Shown: one piece after another, positions 27,079 through 37,789 of the stretch | Numbering within the stretch: position 1 is the first letter of the stretch | How the letters are laid out: each line of letters starts with the position of its first letter | Notes under the pieces: generated by a model | What the model saw: only the letters and a program-made list of their open reading frames with translations | Told to the model about the DNA's origin: nothing | Database searches by the model: none | Program-made: the position numbers and the translations under genes | Source: Trichoplax adhaerens | Lineage: Eukaryota; Animalia; Placozoa | NCBI RefSeq assembly: GCF_000150275.1 | Contig: NW_002060944.1 | Location: 9,200,159 to 9,264,158 of the forward strand | Length of the DNA stretch: 64,000 nt | Reading direction: 5' to 3'

Positions 27079-28197
27079 TTATTCATTGTTGGCTTCTTCA
27101 TCAACTTCCGTAAGCGTTGGTGCTTTATAATTAGGTAGTAGCCCTAAGTAAAAGAAGTGATTTTAAAATATTCAACTGAGTAAAACATGGTCTCATTTGG
27201 AATTGAAAGTAGTCGTTGTTGACCAACCTTCAGCCCTAGAGCGTTTAATCGCTTTTAGAACTTTGCGATGTTGCTTTGCACATAAACCTACATCCAGTGT
27301 TAGAAGTGGTGATTAGCTATTGCAATACTCAATCTAGTAACATGGTTAAAAAGAAAGGATTGTAATTTAGGATGAAATGACTACAAAGATTGATTGGGGA
27401 GTGATATTTACCTGTTTTTCGTTTTCCATAAATCCTACCTTCATCCGATATAAATTGCTTCAACAATAAGACATCCTAAAGATAAATTAATAATAAAAAG
27501 GATTGATTTGTTTCATGCTGTCTCTCCAATTGGTTTCTTTCTTTTTTTTCCATCAAAATTGAAGGTTCTAGTATTACCTTATATCCGAAGTTTTTAATGT
27601 TATTACGACAAATTGGACAGCCATGATTTTGCATTTTCTCTCTCGTTTCCTTAAGGAAGAATATAAAAATAGATCGATTAACTCAAGCCTTGATAACTTT
27701 GATATCATGCTTGGCCAAATGGTCAATCCCATGTTGGTCTATTTCTTTTCTCATACACGAACAAGCATCCATTTATTGTTTCTATATATCACATTAAAGT
27801 ATAACGCATACTTGTGGTAGCTTTTTGAAAGTGGTTACAGACCGAGCTGAAATTGAAAAATAATTCAGTCATTAAGAATTTTGCATATGTATTGCATACA
27901 CTGCTACATCTCCATACTCTTGATGTTAACAATCATTAATTCATATCATGCAGTCATTGAGTGATTCTTTCAAGATTCCCCCAAAAAGCTCTATTCACTC
28001 AATGCATCCTGAATTGATTGTGCACAGGATGTAGACTGCAATACAAAATTTTATTTTAGCATTTCAGAGTTTGCAATAACGATTGCCTTACCTTGAAGGA
28101 ATTGATTTACATGAGGAATATTGCTATTGACTTTTGGCCATTGATTGCAGATGTCGTTGATGGCCGATCTCATCGCCATTCGGGCATAGCTAAGCAT
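27079..28197 (-). CDS. MRPS18A: Mitochondrial ribosomal protein S18-family, MRPS18A/mL66-like (about 6 exons)
   Basis: Presequence-like MLSYARMAMRSA; CPICRNNIKNFGYK|DVLLLKQFISDEGRIYGKRKT|GLCAKQHRKVLKAIKRSRAE|GLLPNYKAP..NNE*. The CPIC + DVLLL.QFI + GLC..H + GLLPN pattern fits the S18A paralogue. Confidence 0.85.
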
Positions 28198-28529
28198 TGT
28201 GGTAGAGAGATGAAATGGAGGAGCTATCACGCTATCTATTAGGCTCAATCTTGCGATAGTATGTATTACTATCGAGATCTTGAATGTTATTATAACCAGT
28301 GAAGAATGCAATGGAGTTGGAAAGCAAATTGTCTTCACAACTTGAACGGCAGCAAAACCCACTTGGAGGCTGCAGCGCGTCTTGACCTGGCTTAAACTGT
28401 ATTGCTGCAACGCTGCAACGTACAGCATGAGCCAGTTGGGCACTGGAGCAGAATCTTGTCTAGGGCCAGCAATCGCATGGAATATTACAGACAGACGTGT
28501 GGATGGACAGCGCGAGGTCCGGCTTTGTA

Positions 28530-28630
28530 GTAAACAGTACAGTGTCCATTAAATTCATAAAACTACACTCAACACTATGTACTGTTCAGTACTGTTAGTG
28601 TACGGTAGTCAGAACATGACGTCACGACCG
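28530..28630. promoter_or_regulatory. Putative MRPS18A promoter: CAGTAC/GTACTG cluster plus full CRE palindrome
   Basis: acagtacagtg, gtactgttcagtactg, gtgtacggtag and TGACGTCA at 28617-28624, about 340-430 bp upstream of the MRPS18A ATG. Confidence 0.5.
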
Positions 28631-28636
28631 TAACGG

Positions 28637-28927
28637 ATGGAACACTAGAAGGAAACCAGTTTTATTCTAGTGGTCCATGAGTTCTCCATACGTTTCTGTG
28701 AACTGGACCAGGCCCGGAACGGAACCTTCAATCGAAATTAATTAATTAACCTTTTAAATGCTTTACTATGGCAACGTAACGTGACCATCACTGTTTTTTT
28801 TTATTAATTAATCGAACTACTATAATGAGTTCATTAATTAATTAAATGATGGAAAGTAAAACACTGAATACCTCTTGTCATGGACTACTAGATTAATGGA
28901 ATATCTTTATTCATCTAGTGGTCCATG
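28637..28927. repeat. Two related short hairpins sharing an ATGGA(C/A)(C/T)ACTAGA terminal inverted repeat
   Basis: ATGGAACACTAGAA..TTCTAGTGGTCCAT (28637-28678) and CATGGACTACTAGAT..ATCTAGTGGTCCATG (28879-28927). Confidence 0.75.
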
Positions 28928-29423
28928 GCTACACAGTGTCATTGGTGATTTTACATCGGTGAAAAGTGAACAAGTGAATCTTCCAGCTATCTGCTTCAAC
29001 ATTCACATGTCCACTTTTTCTTTCGCTTCAGTTACAGTACTGAGAGACGGAGATCGGAATCCTCTCTGTCTCGATCATGCCTGTGGTTGTAGTTCCCTCC
29101 TCTCTCTCTCTCTTTGATTTACTTAGGCCAATAAAGCTTCTTTTTTGGGAGAACAACTGTGTCTCTTGTCGACAGTCTGAAAGCCAGAGCATCAATACAG
29201 CAACGTAGAACTACACGACAGCAGATCTATTGTAAAGGTCTATTCCTTTCCGTGTTGAACGCTCCGCTAACGTTGGTATCCGGTTGGAAACCAGTGATGC
29301 TATTAGCAACAGCTGTTAACATCGCCACTAGCTAGTATCGTCGTATTTATTTACCTCCATAGTAGTCAAACGATTCAAGCCACGCTGCATAATAAGCGTT
29401 AACAGGACAGCACTAGCGCAAGT

Positions 29424-30085
29424 ACTTGTGTACAGAACGCGATTGCTAAATCCTGCTACACTCCATGCTTTTACCAATAAAGGAAAGCATCAAGATGCGT
29501 ATACCAGCCCTTTATTTGTTTACTATTCGTTAACTCCGTCGATTATTGCAGCTTCTGCACTAGTGCAAGTACTTGTGTATAGAACGCGAATGCTAAATCC
29601 TACTACACTCCATGCTTTTACCAGTAATGGAAAGCATCGAGATGCGTATGCGAGCGCCTTATTAGTTTGCTTTTCCTCCAAAGCGTCGACTACAGCTAGT
29701 ACTTGTGTACAGAACGCGAATGCTAAATCCTACTACACTCCATGCTTTTACCAGTAAAGGAAAGCATCGAGATGCGTATGCGAGCGCCTTATTAGTTTGC
29801 TTTTCCTCCAAAGCGTCGACTACAGCTAGTACTTGTGTACAGAACGCGAATGCTAAATCCTACTACACTCCATGCTTTTACCAGTAAAGGAAAGCATCGA
29901 GATGCGTATGCGAGCGCCTTATTAGTTTGCTGTTCCTCCAAAGCGTCGACTACAGCTAGTACTTGTGTACAGAACGCGAATGCTAAATCCTACTACACTC
30001 CATGCTTTTACCAGTAAAGGAAAGCATCGAGATGCGTATGCGAGCGCCTTATTAGTTTGCTTTTCCTCCAAAGCGTCGACTACTG
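29424..30085. repeat. Young tandem repeat: one 147-bp unit plus four near-identical 130-bp units
   Basis: Units start at 29424, 29571, 29701, 29831 and 29961 (acttgtgtacagaacgcgaatgctaaatcc...). The last four differ by only 0-2 substitutions; the final one is slightly shortened. Confidence 0.97.
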
Positions 30086-30137
30086 CTTCTACTGTTGAGC
30101 CCAAGCTGTGCCAGCTCGGATCGATTCAAGTTACAAC

Positions 30138-30222
30138 CAGTGTTTAACACTCGTTAAAACCGGTGTTAACACTGGTTAACACTCGTTAAAACCGGTGTTA
30201 ACACTGGTTAACACCGGTTTTA
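30138..30222. repeat. Nested palindromic element: direct duplication plus perfect 16-bp hairpin
   Basis: TTAACACTCGTTAAAACCGGTGTTAACACTGG occurs twice in tandem; TAAAACCGGTGTTAAC-ACTG-GTTAACACCGGTTTTA at 30187-30222. Confidence 0.9.
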
Positions 30223-30229
30223 CCGCTTG

Positions 30230-30620
30230 GTACGGTCCGATACGATACGGTTCGTTTTGCTTTCGACTAGAAATGAAGTCCGGGACTGGACTACAGTGTA
30301 CAGTGTACAGTGTACAGTACCCTTAGACATCCTTTAACTGGGTCTCATTGTACTGTACGGTACAGTACACCATCGGCAATCCGATCAAAGCCGCGACGTC
30401 CAGTTGTTCCTTTTCTCATTGGCAATTTCAGGCGGCGATTTATTCTTTTGCTACATCATCTCGATCCTATCGCCAAAGGATACTACGCCTTCAATTAATA
30501 ACAAATCATATTGATATTATTAGGGTATTAGTGCAGCAGAGATTCTCACTTTGGAAAGGGCATTCACTGCCGTCTGGGCCTGTAGAATATTGATCCAGTG
30601 ATACTTACTGTACAGTACAA
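30230..30620. promoter_or_regulatory. Putative SHMT promoter motif cluster
   Basis: (TACAGTG)x3 followed by TACAGTAC at ~30292-30320; near-palindrome TGTACTGTAC-G-GTACAGTACA 30349-30369; palindrome TACTGTACAGTA 30606-30617. Confidence 0.55.
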
Positions 30621-30633
30621 TAAATCATCGACA

Positions 30634-32046
30634 ATGGCTGATAATTATCAATTCGATAGCAGTTTAAAGAATTCTCTTCAAGAGGAAGATCCTGAAATCT
30701 ATCACTTAATCTGCAAAGAGAAAAAACGCCAAAGGCTTGGTTTAGAATTGATTGCGTCAGAAAATTACGCTAGTCGAGCGACATTACAAGCATTGGGATC
30801 GTGTCTCAATAATAAATATTCTGAAGGCTATCCTGGGGCTCGTTATTATAGTGGCACACAAGTCGTCGATGACATTGAGTTGTTATGCCAACGTCGAGCT
30901 CTTGAATTATTTGGATTAGATCGTGAACAGTGGGGCGTTAATGTACAACCTTATTCTGGCTCACCGGCTAATTTTGCTGTTTATACCGCATTATTACAAC
31001 CTCATGATCGAATCATGGGCTTAGATTTACCCGATGGTGGCCATTTAACCCATGGCTACATGAACGATACTAAGCGTATTTCAGCTTCGTCCATTTATTT
31101 CGAGTCCATGCCATACAAGATCAATCCTACCACAGGTTTAATCGATTACGATCAATTGGAAGCCAATGCAAAATTATTTAGGCCTAAATTAATTATTGCT
31201 GGGATTAGTAGTTATTGTCGCCATCTCGATTATGCCCGTATACGACAAATTGCTGACCAACAAAAGGCATACGTTCTATCGGATATGGCCCATGTCAGTG
31301 GCCTTGTTGCCGCCAAACTTGCCCCTACTCCTTTCCAATATTCTGATGTGGTTACAACCACCACACATAAGACACTACGTGGACCCCGTTCTGCATTGAT
31401 TTTCTACCGTAAAGGAATACGCCATCATGATCAATCTGGCCAGCCGATCTATTACGATTTGCAAGATAAAATCAATTTTGCTGTCTTTCCAGCATTACAA
31501 GGTGGGCCACATAATCATGCCATTGCCGCTGTCGCTGTCGCTTTAAAAGAAGCTCAATCGGATAAATTTATACAATATCAAAAACAAGTGTTAAGTAATT
31601 GTCAAACATTATCCGATGGTTTAATCGCACTTGGCTATACATTAGTCACCGGTGGTAGTGACAATCATTTAATTTTACTCGATTTAAGACCACAAAAATT
31701 AAATGGTGCCCGTGCTGTTGAAGTATTTGAAAGAGTCCACATTAGTGCTAACAAGAACACCTGCCCTGGCGATAAAAATGCCTTAATACCCAGTGGTATT
31801 CGTTTTGGAACTCCAGCTTTAACCAGTCGTGGATTGAGTTGTCAGGATATGGTGAAAATAGTACAATTTATCCATCGTGCTTTGCAAATTGCAATTGATG
31901 CCACTAGTACTGTTGCGGGGAAATCCATTAAAGACTATAAAGCTACCCTTGATCAGGAAGAGTATCAAGCAAAGATACAACAACTAGCAGAAGAAGTACT
32001 CGAGTTTTCTAGCCAATTCCCAACACCTGGTTCTGATGTCATATAA
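30634..32046 (+). CDS. SHMT: Serine hydroxymethyltransferase, single coding exon, 470 aa from the first ATG
   Basis: Continuous ORF with [52 protein letters not shown]-lysine motif [23 protein letters not shown] and [12 protein letters not shown] in ACAATGG context at 30634. Confidence 0.98.
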   Translation: MADNYQFDSSLKNSLQEEDPEIYHLICKEKKRQRLGLELIASENYASRATLQALGSCLNNKYSEGYPGARYYSGTQVVDDIELLCQRRALELFGLDREQWGVNVQPYSGSPANFAVYTALLQPHDRIMGLDLPDGGHLTHGYMNDTKRISASSIYFESMPYKINPTTGLIDYDQLEANAKLFRPKLIIAGISSYCRHLDYARIRQIADQQKAYVLSDMAHVSGLVAAKLAPTPFQYSDVVTTTTHKTLRGPRSALIFYRKGIRHHDQSGQPIYYDLQDKINFAVFPALQGGPHNHAIAAVAVALKEAQSDKFIQYQKQVLSNCQTLSDGLIALGYTLVTGGSDNHLILLDLRPQKLNGARAVEVFERVHISANKNTCPGDKNALIPSGIRFGTPALTSRGLSCQDMVKIVQFIHRALQIAIDATSTVAGKSIKDYKATLDQEEYQAKIQQLAEEVLEFSSQFPTPGSDVI

Positions 32047-32645
32047 CACGTATTGTCGGACTTTCATTTGAATCGTCGTTCTAGGACACAGGAGTCTGAA
32101 AACTGGTTGAAAAATATCAGCCTCCAAAGTCATATAGATAATGTTGCGCGCATTCTTTTCTAGCGTGCATATGTCAATAGTACATCGTTTAGTTTCTAAT
32201 GATGTTCATTCATACCATGCTTTCATGTTCTTATTGATAAATAAGCAATCAATATTGGTCAATCTATTGATAGATGAAATTGCCCTCAAGCTGTATACTC
32301 GTAGGCCATCAAAGTGTATTTAAATTCTTAATTATATTATTATTATTTTTATTGTTGAAATACTTAGTAGCATGGTAAGAAATACATAAAATAAAATTTT
32401 GCTTTTGCACTCAGTGCCAATAAAACAATTTTGAGTATAATTTCTTGATTTTACTAGTCGAATTACATATTGGGGTATTGCCAATCTTATACAGACGAAA
32501 ATGATGCAGTACAATTTCAAATAAAAATCAATCTTATCCACTGATACAATACAACAGGCTACGGCATAAACAGTTATGAAATTCTCCCCCAGCTTTAGTA
32601 TATGATATCTGCGGTAAATTATTTAGTAATTGGTCCTGGTAATGT

Positions 32646-34856
32646 TTAGCTAACGACCGGAATTTCCATATCGTCAAACGAATAAAATGTAATGTCGCCA
32701 TTCTCATTTAGAGCCCATTTTAGCGGTACAGCTTCACAGAGATTAATTAATTTGGCTATGCAACTACTATCAGGGAATGGGTCATCGTACCTGAAATGCG
32801 TACATCTATTTTTCAATAATGAGTCTTAAATTTGTTTATGGGACACAGATTGCAAAATTTTACCTAGAAACTTTGACTGCGATATTTGGGAGGCCAAAGT
32901 TTACTTTCTTAAAATTGGCATTTGGCAAATATACATCGAAATCGATGGTGTCTTCCATCTTGGACCTACATTGAGTAAATAGATAATAGCAAAGTCATAC
33001 AAAAATAATGGGTAAAAGACTATCCTCCATTCAATATTAACAAAGTGGCTTCCGGCTAAAAGTTACCCTGACTTTGTAGTAACTTCTTCCATTTTTGTAG
33101 ATTTAACAACTTGTAACTTGTTTAAGATTTTATCTGCCAGTTCAAAAATAAGTAAAAATGACCAACTTATCCTTTATTGAACAGCACTTTTCACATCATG
33201 CTCTCAAGAAATTGAACGACTTAAGAATGTCTTTCATACCTGTTGTTTCTGCATCCATAGGAGTAACTAATGGGATTGGATAATCTTCTGTCACATCATG
33301 ATCGGGTTGTAATTTTGATTTAGTTTCTTTATTCACTTTGAACCTATGATGCAAAAATGCAAAAATTTCTTGATGCAAATCATCCTTAAAAAAAAGGATA
33401 TCATCATCTCTTGCTATATATCTAACCTAGCAGGTAGATGTCGTTTGACGATAAATCCTAGGCGTAGTAGGTGGCAATAAACCTATAAGAGATGCAAATG
33501 ATAATATGCATAGAGTCAAATTGAGAATCTTTGCCACATAGCGATCTTAAAATATATACTAACATCTGATACTTAAAGCGAAATAATATGGCTGACGGTA
33601 AACGCTGGAATAGCATATTTAATCTGACATTTATACTCTACAAAATTTGACAATATAAGGTTCTTGATAGGAGCTATGAATCGAGTAGTCCTACTATCAT
33701 TAAAATAAGTGTTATCGCAATTACATAAAAAGCAAAGCCATCGTACCTGATACTTATAAATTGGAAAGGTCTTTGATAAAATTATGCTATAAGCTTCCTG
33801 TAGTGATAATGGCAATCCCTTATAGTATAACTCCAGAGCTCCCTTAAACATCGATATAATCAAAATTGGTACAGAGACATTCATTAAATTACAAGATCTA
33901 CGTCATACAAGTATGAGAATTGCAGTCAATGTTTCTACTACTTGGCTCCTGCATAAATCGATTGTAATCTAGTTTTGGGTTATTAGGTTATTAATGACAG
34001 TCTTTACAATTTCTATGAGATAAACGGCTTCCTCCGGCTGCAAAATTTCAATCTCTCCTTTCGGAAACCCAAAATAATTCCAATGACTTCCCTGAACAAG
34101 TAGAAAACGCAAAAATCATTCTAAATGGCAAGTAATACAATGCGGGATAAAGCAAATTTGAACCTTCTTGTAATGGATCTCAGCCACCAATGTCTGATCA
34201 TTCCATTCTCCTCGTGATAAGTGAGACCTATTAACATACGTAAGACAACACTTATACCTTTTTGGCAGTAATTCAATCCATGACTACTTAGTCTTTATAC
34301 TCACAATACTAATGACGTAACGGTATCTCAATATTGACCAAACTATACGACTTACAACTTCGCAAGTCTCTCTTCAGTTAAAATGTCTTCTATTTGATCT
34401 TGTTTCTTTTCTATTAATTTCTTTTCACGTTGACTTCCTGTAGCTTCCATTCGTTTCTTACCTCTGACAGGTAGTCTATTGGAGTCTAGACGTCGTTTAG
34501 CTCCTAATTTCAACAATTCGTCCGGTCTAGAACATTGTAAATAGAGTGCGTTTATTCAGAGAAATAATTTGTCTTTTTGCACCTTTTTGAGGCAGAGTTG
34601 TAGCTTAAAGTACTGTAATACAACCAAATTTATATTTTCGTTCTAATTTAAAGTAGAATAGAACAACTCTACAAGATGTCCACAAATGCCCATATTCTAC
34701 AATTGATGATACTGCATGGCAGCATGGAATCAAAGCATACAGCAATAATGCGACGAATGGTGTCAATGTGTCTTATGCAGATCTAAAATAAAATGCTGCG
34801 AAATAATAACTTCTGATTGTATTCGGTTTAACTTACGTTTTGAAATGGGGATGCAT
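32646..34856 (-). CDS. TSEN54: tRNA-splicing endonuclease subunit Sen54
   Basis: Spliced translation: MHPHFKT|PDELLKLG..LPVRGKK..LTEERLAKL|SHLSRGEWN..|GSHWNYFG..LQPEEAVYLIEI|GALELYYKGLPLSLQEAYSII..YQ|VYCHLLRLGFIVKR..DFDVYLPNANFKK..YDDPFP..PLKWALNENGDITFYSFDDMEIPVVS*. Matches Sen54 N- and C-terminal blocks. Confidence 0.9.
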
Positions 34857-36297
34857 AACCAAGACTTTTATTTCTTATGTGATCTTGTAGATACGAATTC
34901 TAAAATCTGATCAGTATGAGATAGATTAAATAAGAAATGGTGACGAGTTTATCTATCCAATTGCAATAGAATGTCTGAATTGTAGTAAAGCAACAATGTT
35001 GCAATACGAAACTGTCTTGGTAAAGTCAAATGCTGTTTAATGATAATCTTACAGGTTGCATGTCAATTTTAATTTTAGGACTCTCATCCTAAGGTCTGTA
35101 GACGATACTACGAGATACAAGCATTGAAAAATTGCAGAGGCTATCATAATATCGCAATAAAGGAGACGATAGCAACCGATGGATATTCCATGTTTCTATA
35201 TACTCTTGATGATGCCAAGGTTAACGATTACTATCTGGAACATAATGCAAACTACTGTACTCAGTTCTTTCTTCTTTGCATACAGTTGAACTATAGACTC
35301 TATTGAATTTTGGTTAGTTATAGGATTCTCTACACTTGAACGGCATTACAGGTTCTATTCACAAGTTAACTTGGCTATTCTATCGATCAGAATGGCAAGG
35401 TTTCCCGTAAGTACTGTGTTGTACATGCATGATTAATTTCATTGCAAGATCATTCGCATGATACGAGTACCTCCAGTTGAATTTCACATCACGGCGAATG
35501 AATAGATTAGGCTCTATACTGATGATATATTACCATTAATTTATTCTACTGCCATCCATAGCTAGATCAGTATGCTTATAAGGCCTACAAGTTGAACATT
35601 TTAGGAATCATCAATCTCCATCTTGGCATCTTTTTAATCACTGAACTGTCCTAATGCTAAAAGAGCTAATTCATTCTCCATCTCTATCGAAAATGCAGCA
35701 TTACAATCAGTATTTCTATTCCATTACCGTGAAATTGAGCAAGTCAAATTGGTTCTGCAAAGTCAGAATTACCAATAGATGATATCAATTCTTATGAATA
35801 CGTTAATATAACAGGAATAGTGGAGAAAAAGCCTAAAAACCTCCAAAGGATGTCCAACTTCAGCGTTGACTAGGCATCGGTTTGCAGGCCGTATGAGCAA
35901 CAACGCTTGCTATTGATAGCAACAGCCATCTATGCTCTATAAAGTGCTCATTGATACAGTAGCGTATGATACACTACCCTATTGCTGGTGGCTCCCGACA
36001 GAGCACTGTATCTCCAATACATCCAGTAACTTATGAGCGCATACATGATATCCAAGCCTATAATAATCAATATACTGAAATAACTTATCGCTCTATTAGA
36101 CGTCTTGATCTGCTGGCAGCTAAGAGAGAACATCCAATATGTCCATGGAACTGGAGATGGCAGTCTTGCCGCCATCTCCAGATCTTACTCTAGTATAGGC
36201 TTCCATTGAATCCATTAGATGATTTAGTAATCAAAAGCGATAGCTAATCTCTCCTCTGGCATAGTGGATTCATCTATATCGAAAAAGAAATGAGATT

Positions 36298-36901
36298 ATC
36301 GACTGCCTAAGAGTTAGAAAGTATCCTCTGTGAGGACGGTATAGGATCGCAATGGAATGTCCAGTCAATCATTATTCCTCTCCAATCATTCAGTTCGAGA
36401 AGTTATTTTGATGAAGTAGCATCCATTAAACTCAAATCCATTATACCGTACTCACAGGAAAAATCCAATGTTAGCATGACTAATTAGAGTTTATTATAGT
36501 TGATGATCGACTGCCTAAGAGGTAGAAAGCATCCTCTGTGAGGAAGGTATAGGATCGCAATGGAATGTCCAGTCAATCATTATTCCTCTCCAATCATTCA
36601 GTTCGAGAAGCTATTTTGATGAAGTAGCATCCATTAAACTCAAATCCATTCTACTCACAGGAAAAATCCAATGTTAGCATGACTAATTAGAGTTTATTAT
36701 AGTTGATGATCGACTGCCTAAGAGGTAGAAAACATCCTCTGTGAGGACGGTAAAGGATCGCAATGGAATGTCCAGTCAATCATTCAGTTCGAGAAGCTAT
36801 TTTGATGAAGTAGCATCCATTAAACTCAAATCCATTATACTCACAGGAAAAATCCAATGTTAGCATGACTGATTAGAGTTTATTATACTTAATGATCGAC
36901 T
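36298..36901. repeat. Tandem repeat, 3 copies of 208, 203 and 186 bp, between dachs 3' end and TSEN54 5' end
   Basis: Units start at 36298, 36506 and 36709 (atcgactgcctaagag..cctctgtgagga..ctcacaggaaaaatccaatg..). The third unit lacks a 17-nt segment flanked by caatcatt. Confidence 0.96.
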
Positions 36902-37789
36902 ATAAACGATAGCTACTATTCATTTTCACTATCGACACTGGAATATATGTTGTGTTAATGAATCAAAACTTCAAGGAATGGTAAATCAAACCTTTGCATT
37001 ATAAAATATCAATCATGAATAAGTCATCCAAAAACGGCTATCCAATATCCATTAACAACTCGTACAATTATTAGAATTAATCCATTTGGTACCCGATTAC
37101 AGCAATATTATCATGAATTAATTAATCACCCACAAGAGATAAACAAATAATCTAAAATTGAAATTGAGAATACATATAAAATTTTCTTCTTACAAATCGT
37201 CAATACACAAGAAAGATAGAAAAATGATGATCGAGATACAAGTCATAACCAAACATTGATATATACAAATAATTTTTTGCCACCTTCATTCTTTCTATAC
37301 CAACTAAAAGATTTCTTCTAACAGTAGTAAAACTAAAAATGTATATCGTTGCCCGCACTCAATCATAATAATGAAACGGGTAATAAGCTCTGCCATAGGG
37401 ACATTTGCTTGATAAAAATGACAAATATTGCAATGAAATATATATTTTCAGTAGTATTATTAAAAGAATAATGAGACCCTAGATACATATTTTAAAATAC
37501 AGATATAGCTACAGTAACAGGGATATAAATTAGCAATACAATCAATGATATTTATAGGGACATTGTCTGACTTTGATACAGTCGATATTGAGGGGAAATT
37601 TGTAACCGACAAAGTCAGGTAGTCATTTCTTAATTTGGTATTCGTTTGGATATATAAAACCTCTTGATAAATTTTAAAAAGAAACTAACAATCCTGGGAT
37701 ATCTATAATACTATTATCAATATAAATACTTATCCCATTGCATAAATAACCAAAGGTATAATATAAAGTATATCACTATAGGACTAAAT

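Noticed and set aside
29424-30147. Repeated 60-109 aa ORFs and a CRISPR-like or hammerhead-like appearance of the 130-bp array
   Set aside because: The 130-bp unit is not a multiple of 3, each unit has a stop, and the ORFs start at GTG. There are no unique spacers or cas genes. Minus-strand CTAATAAG only resembles the hammerhead CUGAUGAG and has no GAAA after a stem II.
30598-30633. GTG-initiated N-terminal extension of SHMT in the ORF track
   Set aside because: In a eukaryotic gene the ATG at 30634 has good context, and the extension overlaps the TACTGTACAGTA promoter palindrome.
30634-32046. Bacterial horizontal transfer as the reason SHMT lacks introns
   Set aside because: The protein has eukaryote-type features ([16 protein letters not shown], the FYRKG insertion, about 470 aa), unlike bacterial GlyA.
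36298-36901. C/D snoRNA or ribozyme in the ~205-bp repeat (TGATGA boxes, CTGTGAG)
   Set aside because: No suitably placed CTGA D box in the first two units, no terminal stem, and the hammerhead core is incomplete.
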